Notes: generated from the letters alone by a model not told the origin. Positions 18,061-28,346 are shown, counted from the stretch's first letter. The stretch: DNA of 64,000 bases from an uncultured delta proteobacterium (GCA_963794325.1 CAWCDG010000002.1:576001-640000); one strand, 5' to 3'. Numbers and translations: made by a program.

Positions 18061-19629
18061 TTATCTGACTGCGAAAATACGGCCGCTCGACGTACCGACG
18101 TACAGCATTCCCGATGCTGACGATGCGGCGGTCGTGATCTTGCCGAAGCTGCGCGACGTCCAGACTTTGCTGCCGTCGCCCATCAGCACCGCGCCCACGT
18201 CTTCAGTCGAAGCATCGAAGGCGCCGTCGTTGCCGAGCACAGTCAGGCCCGCGTCGCCGGGGATCAACGTCGAGTCTTTCCATCGGACCTGGCCGTCGGT
18301 AGTCACGCCATAAATCGTATCGGAGCCGGCGAAGATCGTTCCTGATGGGGCAACCACCGGTCCCGCCGTGACCGGATGCGCGCTGTTGACGTTCCAAATC
18401 GGAGCGCCCGTGCGCGCATCGATCGCATACACGCCGCCACTGGCCGAGCCTGCATAAACGACATCGTCAGCGTAGCCGACCGCGCCCGAAAATCCGCCGT
18501 CCGGCTGGAACGTCCATATCACCGCGCCATCTGACCCGAGAGCCGTGACCGCACCTTGCGACGCTCCCACCACGACTCCGTCCGAAGTCGTTGCGGCACT
18601 GGTGACCCGTCCGAGATTGACGCGCCAATTTAACGAGCCGCCGGTGCTGACCGACACGAGGTCGCCCCCGCTGGATGCGTAAATCGCGTGGTCGGTCGTC
18701 GCGATCGGTCCAACGCTGTCGCCTATTTCGAGATGCCAGAGTATCGCGCCGTCAGGGCTGAAAGCCGCCAGATCCGACTTCGACGACATCGCGATCACGG
18801 TCCCATCGGCCAGGACTGCCGACGACGAGCCGTCCGCAGGGCGACGCATGGTTTCCTTGCCCTTGGAATTCAGGCCGTGCAGCTCGCCATCTAGCGTGAT
18901 GAAGAATATCGAACCGTCGGCGCCGACTGCGATTCGCCCGCGCAGCTCGGCGCCGGGATCGAAGGTCCACATCAGGATGCCCGCACTGCGCGCCGATTGC
19001 GCGGCGGTGCTCGCCGTCTCGGTCTGCGCGGTGCCGGGGATCGGACATACAAACGGGACCGCCGGAGTGCAATTGAGCCCACCTGCCGGATTGTTGACGT
19101 CCTCGTAAACCCCGACGCTGACGAACTGGCTGCTCACCCCGGAGCTGCTCGCGAGAATGCAGACGCATCCGGCAAACCCGGTCGTAAATATGCCGCCCTG
19201 CGCGGCCGTAGAAGGCGACTGGAAAACGGTATTGTCCGTCGAGATCCACATGGTCGAGGTGCCCCTGGTTATATCCACGAGCTTGACCTGGGTTTTTTTG
19301 GTGAAGGTGCCGATCGCGTTGAACGAAACCGTCCCGCCAGTCGGCACGCTGCCCGGCTCGATGGATGTGCTGGTCGCCGACGCGCGCGGCGTCAACGTGG
19401 GCGTCACGGTTTTTTTAGGAGTCGGCGTTTTCGTCGGCGGCGGCGTCATCGACGGCGTGGGCGAGGGCGGAGCGCCGGTCGAGATCACGATTGCTCCGAG
19501 CGCGAAGCCAGGAGTCGGGATTGCAGTAGCGGTTCCGCTGCCGCTGCTACTGCAACTCAACAGAATTGCTCCGAAAACGAACAATACAACTGGCCCCACC
19601 ACCAGCCATCTAAGCCACCGCGACAACAT
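18061..19629 (-). CDS. Lipoprotein with Pro/Thr linker and PQQ-like beta-propeller repeats
   Basis: Lipobox LLSC, TP-rich linker, repeated DG...W / VYA.DA.TG..IW blades. Confidence 0.8.
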   Translation of the reverse strand: MLSRWLRWLVVGPVVLFVFGAILLSCSSSGSGTATAIPTPGFALGAIVISTGAPPSPTPSMTPPPTKTPTPKKTVTPTLTPRASATSTSIEPGSVPTGGTVSFNAIGTFTKKTQVKLVDITRGTSTMWISTDNTVFQSPSTAAQGGIFTTGFAGCVCILASSSGVSSQFVSVGVYEDVNNPAGGLNCTPAVPFVCPIPGTAQTETASTAAQSARSAGILMWTFDPGAELRGRIAVGADGSIFFITLDGELHGLNSKGKETMRRPADGSSSAVLADGTVIAMSSKSDLAAFSPDGAILWHLEIGDSVGPIATTDHAIYASSGGDLVSVSTGGSLNWRVNLGRVTSAATTSDGVVVGASQGAVTALGSDGAVIWTFQPDGGFSGAVGYADDVVYAGSASGGVYAIDARTGAPIWNVNSAHPVTAGPVVAPSGTIFAGSDTIYGVTTDGQVRWKDSTLIPGDAGLTVLGNDGAFDASTEDVGAVLMGDGSKVWTSRSFGKITTAASSASGMLYVGTSSGRIFAVR

Positions 19630-19747
19630 GAAGGCATCACCTATGACTGAAGCCAGCGTCCGGTGTCAAGTTGATGCGCGATTTCGCTCTTCAGAAGCGC
19701 CCGAAAAGCCGGATGCGACTACCGAGAAATCCGGAGGTGATTGACTG

Positions 19748-19900
19748 AAAACAAAAAAATGGCGGGCATCTGAAGAGGGGGGGGACTCTCCAATGCCCGC
19801 CTGTTCGTAGCGGCCGTCCGCGTACGCTGCGGACGGTAAACCGGTTAGTTGGGAGGAACAAACCAACCGGTCCAGGTGCCAGAGCCGTTCGCACCTGTTT
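19748..19900 (-). ncRNA. Candidate small RNA or structured leader: four hairpins ending in an intrinsic terminator
   Basis: Four consecutive stems; G-U pairs form only on the minus strand; UUCCUCCC and C8 loops; U-tract. Confidence 0.55.
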
Positions 19901-19922
19901 ATTGAGACGATTCAATTCTGGG

Positions 19923-19942
19923 ATTATTCAAGTTCGAATAAT
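19923..19942. promoter_or_regulatory. Inverted repeat, putative transcription-factor site between divergent units
   Basis: ATTATTC-N6-GAATAAT in an AT-rich intergenic stretch. Confidence 0.4.
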
Positions 19943-20002
19943 TTTTCATTTGCAGCCGCCGCACGTCGGACTAGACTCGACGTCGGAGGATACGAAAAAG
20001 CA

Positions 20003-21010
20003 ATGGAATACAGGCGATTAGGTGGAACCGGCCTCAAAGTTTCCGAGCTTTGTCTTGGATGCATGACGTTTGGACGAGAGACAGACGAAAAAACTGCGGG
20101 AAAAATTCTCGACCGGTTTATTGAGGTTGGCGGCAATTTCCTCGATACGGCCAACGTTTATGCAGCCGGCGCGTCGGAAGAAATCCTCGGTCGAATTCTC
20201 GGCGAGCGGCGAAAAGATCTGATCGTAGCAACCAAAGTTCGTTTCAATGCGAATATCTTCATGGGCAAGACAGTCGCGCCGAATCAAATCGGACTCTCGC
20301 GCGGCCATATCATGTCGGAAGTCGAGGCCAGTCTGCGCCGCCTGAAAATGGACTACATCGATCTTTACCAGGTGCATTCATGGGACTTCGAAACGCCGAT
20401 CGAAGAGACAATGCGCGCGCTCGACGACCTCGTGCGTCACGGCAAGGTCAGGTATATCGGCGCGTCGAACTTTACGGCGTGGCAACTGATGAAGAGTCTG
20501 TGGGTCAGCGATAAACATAACTATGCGCGTTTTGATTGTTTGCAGCCGCAATACAGCTTGATATCGCGCGAGATCGAGCGCGAGATTCTGCCGCTATGCC
20601 GCTACGAAGGCGTGGGCGTGATTCCATGGAGTCCGCTCGGCGGCGGATTTCTGACCGGCAAGTATCGTTCGGGTCAGCGTCCGCCCGAGGACAGCCGGCT
20701 GGCGAAGATCGATATGTGGAATCGGCTCGCGGACGAGCGCAATTACTCGACGCTCGAAGCAGTCGAGCACGTCGCGAAAGAACGCGGCCGCGCAATCTCG
20801 CAAGTCGCGCTGGCATGGGTGAATCAGCAGCCCGGCGTCAGCTCGGTGATTTACGGCGCGCGAACCGAAGAGCAAAACGAGCAAAACCTCGGCGCAATCG
20901 GATTCCGCCTCGAAGCCGCTGAGTTGGCCGCACTCAACAAGGCAAGCGCATTGCCCCTGGAGTACCCCGACGCGATGCAATCACGTCTGCCGGGTTATCC
21001 GCGCCAGTAA
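20003..21010 (+). CDS. Aldo/keto reductase
   Basis: LCLGCMTFG, DTANVY, ATK, YIDLYQVH and WSPLGGG motifs. Confidence 0.95.
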   Translation: MEYRRLGGTGLKVSELCLGCMTFGRETDEKTAGKILDRFIEVGGNFLDTANVYAAGASEEILGRILGERRKDLIVATKVRFNANIFMGKTVAPNQIGLSRGHIMSEVEASLRRLKMDYIDLYQVHSWDFETPIEETMRALDDLVRHGKVRYIGASNFTAWQLMKSLWVSDKHNYARFDCLQPQYSLISREIEREILPLCRYEGVGVIPWSPLGGGFLTGKYRSGQRPPEDSRLAKIDMWNRLADERNYSTLEAVEHVAKERGRAISQVALAWVNQQPGVSSVIYGARTEEQNEQNLGAIGFRLEAAELAALNKASALPLEYPDAMQSRLPGYPRQ

Positions 21011-21014
21011 ACTG

Positions 21015-21046
21015 AAGAGGCGCGTCCATTCGGGCGCGCCTCTTTA
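21015..21046 (+). terminator. Intrinsic terminator-like hairpin
   Basis: AAGAGGCGCGTCC-ATTC-GGGCGCGCCTCTT directly after the AKR stop. Confidence 0.55.
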
Positions 21047-21047
21047 T

Positions 21048-21096
21048 CCGGTCCCCCTTCCCGCGAGGACCGAAAAAAGGGGTTAGGGGTTAGGTT
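21048..21096 (+). repeat. REP-like repeat, copy 3 (degenerate hairpin)
   Basis: CCGGTCCCCCTTCCC...AAGGGGTTAGGGGTTAGGTT. Confidence 0.7.
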
Positions 21097-21105
21097 CCTT
21101 CTCTG

Positions 21106-21951
21106 TCATCCCTCGAACGACGGCCCCATGAAGGTACTCGGCGCGATCGGCGACGGTGAACTCTGTCCCGCCGCATTCTGTGAGAACTGGCTGCCTATCG
21201 TGAGGCCGCCATCCACCACCATCGCCTGCCCGGTGACGAATTCCGAATCGTCACTCGCGAGGTACAACGCCATCCCGGCGATATCCTCCGGATGCCCCGC
21301 GCGTGGAATAGGTTGCGACTTCGCCATCCATTGTTCCATCGCTTCTTTCACGCCCGGCTGATTGCGATGGAGTATCGGCGTATTGATTCCCCCGGGGCAG
21401 ATGCAATTGACACGAATTTTGTCCTTGGCGAACTCCAGCGCTGCCGATCGCGTCAGGTTCACGACGCCGGCCTTCGCCGCGCAGTAGGCATGCAGCGACG
21501 CGAAGCCGCGGATGCCGGCGACTGATGCGGTCGAGATTATCGAGCCGCCGCCGGCTTTGCGCATCTCGGGAGCCGCATGCTTCATCCCAAGGAACACGCC
21601 GCGCAGCAACACTGCCTGACTCTTGTCCCAGTCCTCGACCGAAATTTGTTCGAGCGGTCCGATCGCGCCGCCGATTCCGGCGTTGTTGTAAATTATGTCG
21701 AGACGCCCGAACTCCGAAATGGCGCGTGCAATCAGCGCCTTGATTTCAGTTTCGGCGGACACGTCAGTTTTCTGAAAGACCGCGCGCCCCGCATTCTCCT
21801 TGCAATCGCGAACCGCGGATTCGCCGCCCTCGACATTGAGATCCGCGATCACAACCGCCGCGCCTTCGCCCGCAAACTTGATTGCAGTCGCCCGCCCAAT
21901 CCCGCTCGCCGCGCCCGTGATCACAGCTACCTTACCCTTGAGCCTGTCCAT
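21106..21951 (-). CDS. Short-chain dehydrogenase/reductase
   Basis: TGAASGIG, NNAG and YCAAK motifs. Confidence 0.95.
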   Translation of the reverse strand: MDRLKGKVAVITGAASGIGRATAIKFAGEGAAVVIADLNVEGGESAVRDCKENAGRAVFQKTDVSAETEIKALIARAISEFGRLDIIYNNAGIGGAIGPLEQISVEDWDKSQAVLLRGVFLGMKHAAPEMRKAGGGSIISTASVAGIRGFASLHAYCAAKAGVVNLTRSAALEFAKDKIRVNCICPGGINTPILHRNQPGVKEAMEQWMAKSQPIPRAGHPEDIAGMALYLASDDSEFVTGQAMVVDGGLTIGSQFSQNAAGQSSPSPIAPSTFMGPSFEG

Positions 21952-22059
21952 TTAGAATTTCCTCTGTTTGAAAAATTACGTCGCCATGCAACGCGCGTAA
22001 CGCGCATAGCAGTAATTATCAGACAGCGACTCGAAGCGGATAGCGGCGCAGACTACGTG

Positions 22060-22389
22060 CTAGCGCTTGGCCGGGTGGAGGCGGGTCAGCATCCGGCGTT
22101 CCTCGGCGGCCCGGCTCTCGAAGCTCTCGATCGGTGTGACCCTCCACTTGAGTCTTCCCCACAGTGGGACTTCGCGCAGCATACGATCCAGCGCTTCGTT
22201 GGATGCCGCCTCGGCGATGAAGGCAACCGCCCGGTCGCCGATCTCAACTCCGCCAGCGAGGATCTTTTTGTCCGCCTCGAGCTTTGTGAGCGCATCGAGG
22301 CCGGGAACCACGACGTCCTTCAGAAGCTGAGCGGCTTCGTCGGGGGTAGCCCATCCGGGCCCTTGTGAACCGACCACCAGATATTTCAT
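22060..22389 (-). CDS. Muconolactone delta-isomerase-like (YCII/DUF3303-type) small protein
   Basis: FIAEAASNEALDRML..VPLW...WRVTP pattern; GGAGG RBS. Confidence 0.6.
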   Translation of the reverse strand: MKYLVVGSQGPGWATPDEAAQLLKDVVVPGLDALTKLEADKKILAGGVEIGDRAVAFIAEAASNEALDRMLREVPLWGRLKWRVTPIESFESRAAEERRMLTRLHPAKR

Positions 22390-22417
22390 TCAAACCTCCG
22401 TACGATAGCGATGCAAA

Positions 22418-23242
22418 TTACATCTCAAATGACGGCCCCGAAAATCCGCTGCCCGGCAGCCCCGCCAAACGAAAGCGCGCGTTGCCGGTATTGATTCCGC
22501 CGTCAACGACCATCGCGGTCCCACTGATCCAGTTCGCCTCGTCGCTCGCGAGGAACAGCGCCATCGACGCGATGTCGTCAGGCTTTCCCGCGCGCGGTAT
22601 CGGCTGCATCCGCGCCATCGATTTCTCCGATTGTTCCTCGGCGCCAGGACGCCCGCGATGGATCAGCGGAGTATTGACGCCTCCGGGGCAGATACAGTTG
22701 ACCCGAATCTTGTCGTGCCCGACTTCGATCGCGACCGCCTGCGTCAGGTTCACGACCGCCGCCTTCGCCGCGCTGTATGCGGCCAGATAGCCGACCCCGC
22801 GCAGTCCCGCAACCGACGCGGTCGAGATGATCGATCCGCCGCCCGCTTTGCGCATCTCGGGAATCGAGTACTTCATGCCGAGATACGCCGCGCGCAGCAG
22901 CACCGCGATAGTGCGGTCCCAGTCTGTCGATTCGACTTTCTCGATCGGCCCGACCGCCCCGGCAACGCCCGCGTTGTTGAACATGATATCGAGCCGCCCG
23001 AATTCCTTGACCGCGCGCGCGACCGCGGCCTTGATATCCGGCTCGCTGGTCACGTCGGTGCGCTGAAACACGGCGCGCCCGCCCGCCGCCGCGCATTCCG
23101 CGACCGCGGTCTCTCCGCCCTGCGCATTCAAGTCGGTAAGCACCACACTCGCGCCTTCCTTCGCGAAGCGGAGCGCGGTCGCGCGTCCCATCCCACTCGC
23201 GGCCCCGGTGATCACTGCAACCTTTCCATCGATTCTGCCCAT
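22418..23242 (-). CDS. Short-chain dehydrogenase/reductase (paralogue of 21106-21951)
   Basis: TGAASGMG, NNAG and YSAAK motifs; AGGAG RBS before ATG 23242. Confidence 0.95.
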   Translation of the reverse strand: MGRIDGKVAVITGAASGMGRATALRFAKEGASVVLTDLNAQGGETAVAECAAAGGRAVFQRTDVTSEPDIKAAVARAVKEFGRLDIMFNNAGVAGAVGPIEKVESTDWDRTIAVLLRAAYLGMKYSIPEMRKAGGGSIISTASVAGLRGVGYLAAYSAAKAAVVNLTQAVAIEVGHDKIRVNCICPGGVNTPLIHRGRPGAEEQSEKSMARMQPIPRAGKPDDIASMALFLASDEANWISGTAMVVDGGINTGNARFRLAGLPGSGFSGPSFEM

Positions 23243-23386
23243 TGCCAATTCTCCTGCGCGCATCGAGTCGCGCGTCGCCTTTGATGTGAATCTCAAAATC
23301 TCAATAGCAATGATTCACCCGAGTCGGGTAGCCGTCACAAAACCACTCCACATGGGACAAATTGCAGCGCCCTCCTTCTGCGCGAT

Positions 23387-23426
23387 GGTTCCCCTTCCCT
23401 CGAGGGAAGGGGTTAGGGGTTAGGTT
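23387..23426 (+). repeat. REP-like repeat, copy 4
   Basis: GGTTCCCCTTCCCTCGAGGGAAGGGGTTAGGGGTTAGGTT. Confidence 0.8.
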
Positions 23427-23449
23427 GCCGTGATACAATAGCCGCGACC

Positions 23450-25549
23450 ATGGTGCCCGAAGAGGAAAAGGAAAAACGCGCCGCGAACGAAGCTTCGGCA
23501 GATCGGACCGGCCCTGATTACGGCTCGCTGATCGATTATCCCAAGGATGCGCCCGCCCAAAGCGGCGAGGCCCTCTTCCTCGAGGACGAATCAGCGCGTA
23601 TCGATCAGAAGTTGGCCGCGACTGCCACCGAACCCGGCATCTACCTGCTGCGCGACCGCGCGGGCAAGGTGCTTTACGTCGGTAAGGCGAAGTCGTTGCG
23701 CTCGCGGGTGCGCGCCTACTTTCGCGACGGCGGTGACGGCCGCTTCCAGGTGCGCTTCCTGATGAAGCGGGTGCGTGACTTCGACACGATCGTCACGGCC
23801 AGCGAGAAGGAAGCGCTGATTCTCGAGAACAACCTGATTAAGCAGTACAAACCCCGGTACAACATCCGCCTCAAAGACGACAAATCGTACCTGAGCGCCA
23901 AGATTACCAATAGTCCGTGGCCGCGAATCACGGTCACCCGCAAGATCGTCAAGGACGGCGGTCGCTACTTCGGTCCCTTCGGCTCGGCCGACGGTCTGCG
24001 CGAGACGATCGACGTCATCCGCAAAGTATTTCCGCTTCGCACTTGCACCGACGCGGTCTTCCGCAATCGCTCGCGTCCGTGTCTCGAATATCAAATCAAA
24101 CGATGCCTCGGGCCGTGCTGCCTGCCGGTCGATCGCGAGGAGTACGGCCGCCATCTGCACGCCGCGCAGATGCTGCTGGAAGGGAAAAATCTCGAGCTGC
24201 TCCGCGAGATGCGCGATCTGATGAAGGATCACGCGTCGCGCCTCGAGTTCGAGCAGGCCGCGCGAATTCGCGACCGGGTTCACGCGATCGAAAAAACCGT
24301 CGAGCGCCAGACCGTCCTGCATCACTGGGGAATCGACGAGGACGTGTTCGGAATTTACCGCGAGGGCGGTTACATCGAGGCGATCGTGCTAATCGTGCGC
24401 GGCGGCAAACTGACCAGCACGCAGGGATGGAGCTTCCAGGATCTGGAATTTCCGGTGCACGAAATTCTCTCCGATCTGCTGACCCAGTATTACTCGGGAG
24501 CACGCAATATCCCCGACGAAGTGATCCTGCCAGTCGAGCTCGAGGACGCCGACGTGCGCTCGGAACTGCTCTCAGAGCGGCGCGGAAAGAAATGCGAAGT
24601 CATCGTCCCGCAACGCGGCGAGAAGCTCCGCCTGCTCGAAATGGCGATGGACAACGCGCGCCAGAGCTTCGCCTCGCGCCGCGACAACGAAAAAACCCGC
24701 GAGCAGATGCTCGAGGATCTGCGCGTCAAGCTCGGTCTGCGCAACACGCCGAAGCGGATGGAATGTTACGACATCTCGAATCTGCAGGGCTCGATGGTGG
24801 TCGGCTCGCAGGTCACCTTCGACGAAGGCGAGCCGTGCAAGAATCTCTACCGTCGCTACCGGATTCGCAGCTTCGAAGGCCAGGACGACTTCGCCAGCAT
24901 GTACGAAGTCCTCAAGCGCCGGATCGAGCGCGCGGTGCGTGAAAACGTCTACCCCGATTTGTGGGTGATCGACGGAGGCAAAGGGCAATTGAACGTCGCG
25001 CTCGAAGTACTGCGCGAGTTCAGGCTGCTCGATCAGATCGATTGTGTCTCGTTGGCCAAGCAGCACGTTCTCAACGATCGTCGCGAAAAGGAAGTGACCA
25101 AATCCGAGGAACGCGTCTTCGTTCCTCGCCGCAAAGATCCGATCGTGCTGCCGAAGAACTCGACCGCGCTGTTCCTGCTCGTGAGGATTCGCGACGAGGC
25201 CCATCGATTCGCGATCACCTACAACCGCGAACTGCGGCGCCGGGCGCGCCTGCGCTCGGTCCTCGACGATATCGACGGCGTCGGTCCGGTAAGGCGCCGC
25301 GCGTTGCTCCGCCACTTCGGCAGTCTCAAGCGGATTCGCGACGCGACCGTCGATGAGATCGCGGAGGTCAAGGGACTCAACCGCGATCTCGCCGCCGAGA
25401 TCCGCCGCCATCTCGACGAAATGACTGCGCTGCTCGACGTCGAAGAATCTGCCGACCCCGCGGATCAGCCGGGTCTTCCATTGGAACCGCCCGCGACTCC
25501 CGCCGGGGATAACGGCGCTCGAGTCAACGATTCGCCCACGCGAGATTGA
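23450..25549 (+). CDS. uvrC: Excinuclease ABC subunit C
   Basis: GIY-YIG (PGIY...YVGKAKSLR), Cys cluster, UVR domain, RNase H-like ECYDIS/IDGGKGQ/RDEAHRFA, HhH. Confidence 0.97.
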   Translation: MVPEEEKEKRAANEASADRTGPDYGSLIDYPKDAPAQSGEALFLEDESARIDQKLAATATEPGIYLLRDRAGKVLYVGKAKSLRSRVRAYFRDGGDGRFQVRFLMKRVRDFDTIVTASEKEALILENNLIKQYKPRYNIRLKDDKSYLSAKITNSPWPRITVTRKIVKDGGRYFGPFGSADGLRETIDVIRKVFPLRTCTDAVFRNRSRPCLEYQIKRCLGPCCLPVDREEYGRHLHAAQMLLEGKNLELLREMRDLMKDHASRLEFEQAARIRDRVHAIEKTVERQTVLHHWGIDEDVFGIYREGGYIEAIVLIVRGGKLTSTQGWSFQDLEFPVHEILSDLLTQYYSGARNIPDEVILPVELEDADVRSELLSERRGKKCEVIVPQRGEKLRLLEMAMDNARQSFASRRDNEKTREQMLEDLRVKLGLRNTPKRMECYDISNLQGSMVVGSQVTFDEGEPCKNLYRRYRIRSFEGQDDFASMYEVLKRRIERAVRENVYPDLWVIDGGKGQLNVALEVLREFRLLDQIDCVSLAKQHVLNDRREKEVTKSEERVFVPRRKDPIVLPKNSTALFLLVRIRDEAHRFAITYNRELRRRARLRSVLDDIDGVGPVRRRALLRHFGSLKRIRDATVDEIAEVKGLNRDLAAEIRRHLDEMTALLDVEESADPADQPGLPLEPPATPAGDNGARVNDSPTRD

Positions 25550-25715
25550 TCCGAAAGTTCTTTCGAGCACAAATCTCAATCGCGCTATCTGTATGTGTTG
25601 ACCTATAATCTATCAGTCAACATCATCCGCACGCCGTCCGTGATGAGCAAAGGAGTGCGTACTTATCGCTGCGGGAGCACTTTCCGTAAGACGCGCAGTC
25701 GCGCGACCTGGCGGC

Positions 25716-28346
25716 TTGGAGCAGGTTCGCTCTCTCGAACTACTGCCTCCGATTCCCGCAGTCAGCGCGGTCGAACGAGTCGCGCCGATCTATTTGGTTG
25801 CGATCTCGATCGTAACCGGTGACGCGCTTGGCAACTTTCATTTCGCGATTGCGCCGTGGGTCGCGTGGACGTTCGCTGTCGTAGCACTCGGCGCGTTTCT
25901 TAGTTCCCGAACTGCTCTCGGTCTTCTGGCAACGTATCTGGCGATCGTGCTCGCCGCGAATGTCGCGGTCACGAATCTGCTCGCTCCGACGCGCAAGCCG
26001 CATAGCATCGCAACGACGGTGGAAGGGTCGCACGTCACGATCGAAGGTCGGGTGTACCGCGAAACCGAGCACGAACCTTACGGGGATCGAATCTACCTCA
26101 AGGTCCAACGCGCCGCGGAGCAGGGTGGTTTGATGTCCGAGTCTCGCGGCAATGTTCGAATCGCGGTTCTCGGCGGCGGATCTTTCAAGTTGGGTGACGA
26201 GATTCGGCTGAGCGCGCGAATCCATTTCCCGCGCAACTACGGGGATCCGGGAGAGTTCGACTACGTGGGACTCATGGCGCGCGACGGCATCGACGCGACC
26301 ATGACCGCACCGAAGAACTCGCTCGGCTCGGCGAAGTTTCAAATCACCGGGCATCGTTCGATCTTTCCGTCAAGCCAGATCGAATCGATTAGAACTCAGA
26401 TCGGCGAGTTTTTCGATCGCAACCTCAGTTATCCCGAAAACGCCGAGATGCGCGCGCTCGTGATCGGCGATCAAGGCGAGATCGGCGATCCGCTTCGGCA
26501 GACATTCGCGCGCACCGGCATGGCGCATCTGTTGGTTATCTCCGGCTTGCATTTAAGCATCGTCGCGGCCGCGATGTTCGCCGCGGTGCGCCTTGCGATG
26601 ATGCTGTTACCCGATTTGGCGAACCGCGGTTATGCGAACAAGTTTGCCGCGCTCGCCGCGATGCTCGCAGTCTGCGCGTATGCGTCGATCGCGGGGCATC
26701 ACGTGTCGACGGTGCGTGCGCTGACGATGGTGCTCGCGTACATGCTCGCCGTAGCGATCGATCGTTCTCGCGAGGCGATGGCGTCGTTGGCGCTGGCGGC
26801 AATCGTGATTTGCGTCGCGCTCCCCGGCTCTACCGCCGACATCGGCTTCCAGCTCTCTTTCGCGTCAGTGATTGCGATCGTGCTCGGCATGCGCCGATTT
26901 GCCGCGTGGTTCGCGCGTCGCAAACGCCTCGGGATGCTGCGCGGCGAACCGTCGTTACCGCGATGGCGATATCTTCAAGCAGGCGGCGGCTATCTCGCGG
27001 TATCGTTCTGGGCGATGGTCGGGACGGCCCCGCTCACCGCGTATCACTTCAACCAGTTCGCGATAATCGGAATCGTCGCAAACGCCGTGGTGGTGCCGAT
27101 TATGGCATTCGGAGCAACCATCAGCGGACTCATCGCGGCCGCATTGAGTTTCGTCTCGGAGCCGGCCGCTCGTCCGATCCTCTTATTCGGCGCGGGCGCG
27201 CTCGCGATGGGCAACGGACTGGCTGCATGGTTCGTCGATTTGCCGCTCGCGTGGTTCCGCATCTTCACGCCGACAATTCTCGAACTCACAATCGCATACG
27301 CATTGTTGATGATTTGGCTACTCGCCCCGCTTGCTGCCGCGATAACCGGAAGAAGCTCGCGTGATGCTCACGACGAAATTGCGAGCGCCTCGCGATTCGG
27401 TTGGCCTGTTATATCGGCGATTGTCCTGGCAGTCGTGTTGACGATTGACGCGGGATACTGGACCTACGATCGTTTCTTCAATCCCGATTTGCGCGTGACG
27501 TTTTTGTCAGTAGGCGAGGGCGACGGCGCGGTGATTCGATTTCCCGGCTCGCGCGTGATGCTGATCGATGGCGGTGGCTCCTACGGCGGCTTTGACGCGG
27601 GCGAACGAATCGTCGCGCCGTACTTGTGGTCGCAGAAAATCATGCACGTCGATTACCTCGCGCTGAGCCATCCCGACCTCGACCATTTCGGCGGCCTGGA
27701 TTTCATCGCGATGAACTTTGCGCCGCGCGCGTTCTGGACCACCGGCGTGTCGAGCCTCGACCTCAGCTACGCCCGCTTCATGAACGACCTCGAGCGCTCG
27801 AAAATTCCTATCGTGCAGGTCCTCAAGGCCGCTCCCCTCGCTGCCATCGGCGGAGTTGAGATCGAGTCGCTCAACGGCGACGCCGCCGTCACGAGATCGC
27901 ACAACAACAGCTCGATGGTCTTGCGATTCAGCTTCGGCACCACGTCGATTCTGTTCACCGGCGATATCGAATCGGCCGGCGAGCGCGCGATGATCGAGAA
28001 CCGTGCTGAACTTCGCTCGACGATCCTGAAGGTGCCGCATCACGGCAGCGCGAGTTCCTCGACGGCAGCATTCATTGCCGCGGTGCATCCGGAGGCCGCG
28101 GTAATCTCGGACGGTTATTTGAACAACTTTCACTTCCCCGCGGACGCGGTTGTTCAACGTTACCTCGAAGCCGGCGTCATCCTGATGCGCACCGACCTCG
28201 CCGGCGCCGTGATGGTCGATGCCACGCCTGACCAGATGACCGTGCGAACCTTCCGTGCACGCAGCGGCGCTCCAATCCTTATCGTCCCGCCAGCGCCGCT
28301 GCGAGGCATTACTGAAACGGTACGTCACGCGTCAAACGCGGATTGA
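25716..28346 (+). CDS. comEC: DNA internalization competence protein ComEC/Rec2 (start uncertain)
   Basis: GMAHLLVISGLH and GFQLSF; MBL domain VGEGDG, SHPDLDHFGG, NNSS, KVPHHGS. Confidence 0.93.
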   Translation: MEQVRSLELLPPIPAVSAVERVAPIYLVAISIVTGDALGNFHFAIAPWVAWTFAVVALGAFLSSRTALGLLATYLAIVLAANVAVTNLLAPTRKPHSIATTVEGSHVTIEGRVYRETEHEPYGDRIYLKVQRAAEQGGLMSESRGNVRIAVLGGGSFKLGDEIRLSARIHFPRNYGDPGEFDYVGLMARDGIDATMTAPKNSLGSAKFQITGHRSIFPSSQIESIRTQIGEFFDRNLSYPENAEMRALVIGDQGEIGDPLRQTFARTGMAHLLVISGLHLSIVAAAMFAAVRLAMMLLPDLANRGYANKFAALAAMLAVCAYASIAGHHVSTVRALTMVLAYMLAVAIDRSREAMASLALAAIVICVALPGSTADIGFQLSFASVIAIVLGMRRFAAWFARRKRLGMLRGEPSLPRWRYLQAGGGYLAVSFWAMVGTAPLTAYHFNQFAIIGIVANAVVVPIMAFGATISGLIAAALSFVSEPAARPILLFGAGALAMGNGLAAWFVDLPLAWFRIFTPTILELTIAYALLMIWLLAPLAAAITGRSSRDAHDEIASASRFGWPVISAIVLAVVLTIDAGYWTYDRFFNPDLRVTFLSVGEGDGAVIRFPGSRVMLIDGGGSYGGFDAGERIVAPYLWSQKIMHVDYLALSHPDLDHFGGLDFIAMNFAPRAFWTTGVSSLDLSYARFMNDLERSKIPIVQVLKAAPLAAIGGVEIESLNGDAAVTRSHNNSSMVLRFSFGTTSILFTGDIESAGERAMIENRAELRSTILKVPHHGSASSSTAAFIAAVHPEAAVISDGYLNNFHFPADAVVQRYLEAGVILMRTDLAGAVMVDATPDQMTVRTFRARSGAPILIVPPAPLRGITETVRHASNAD

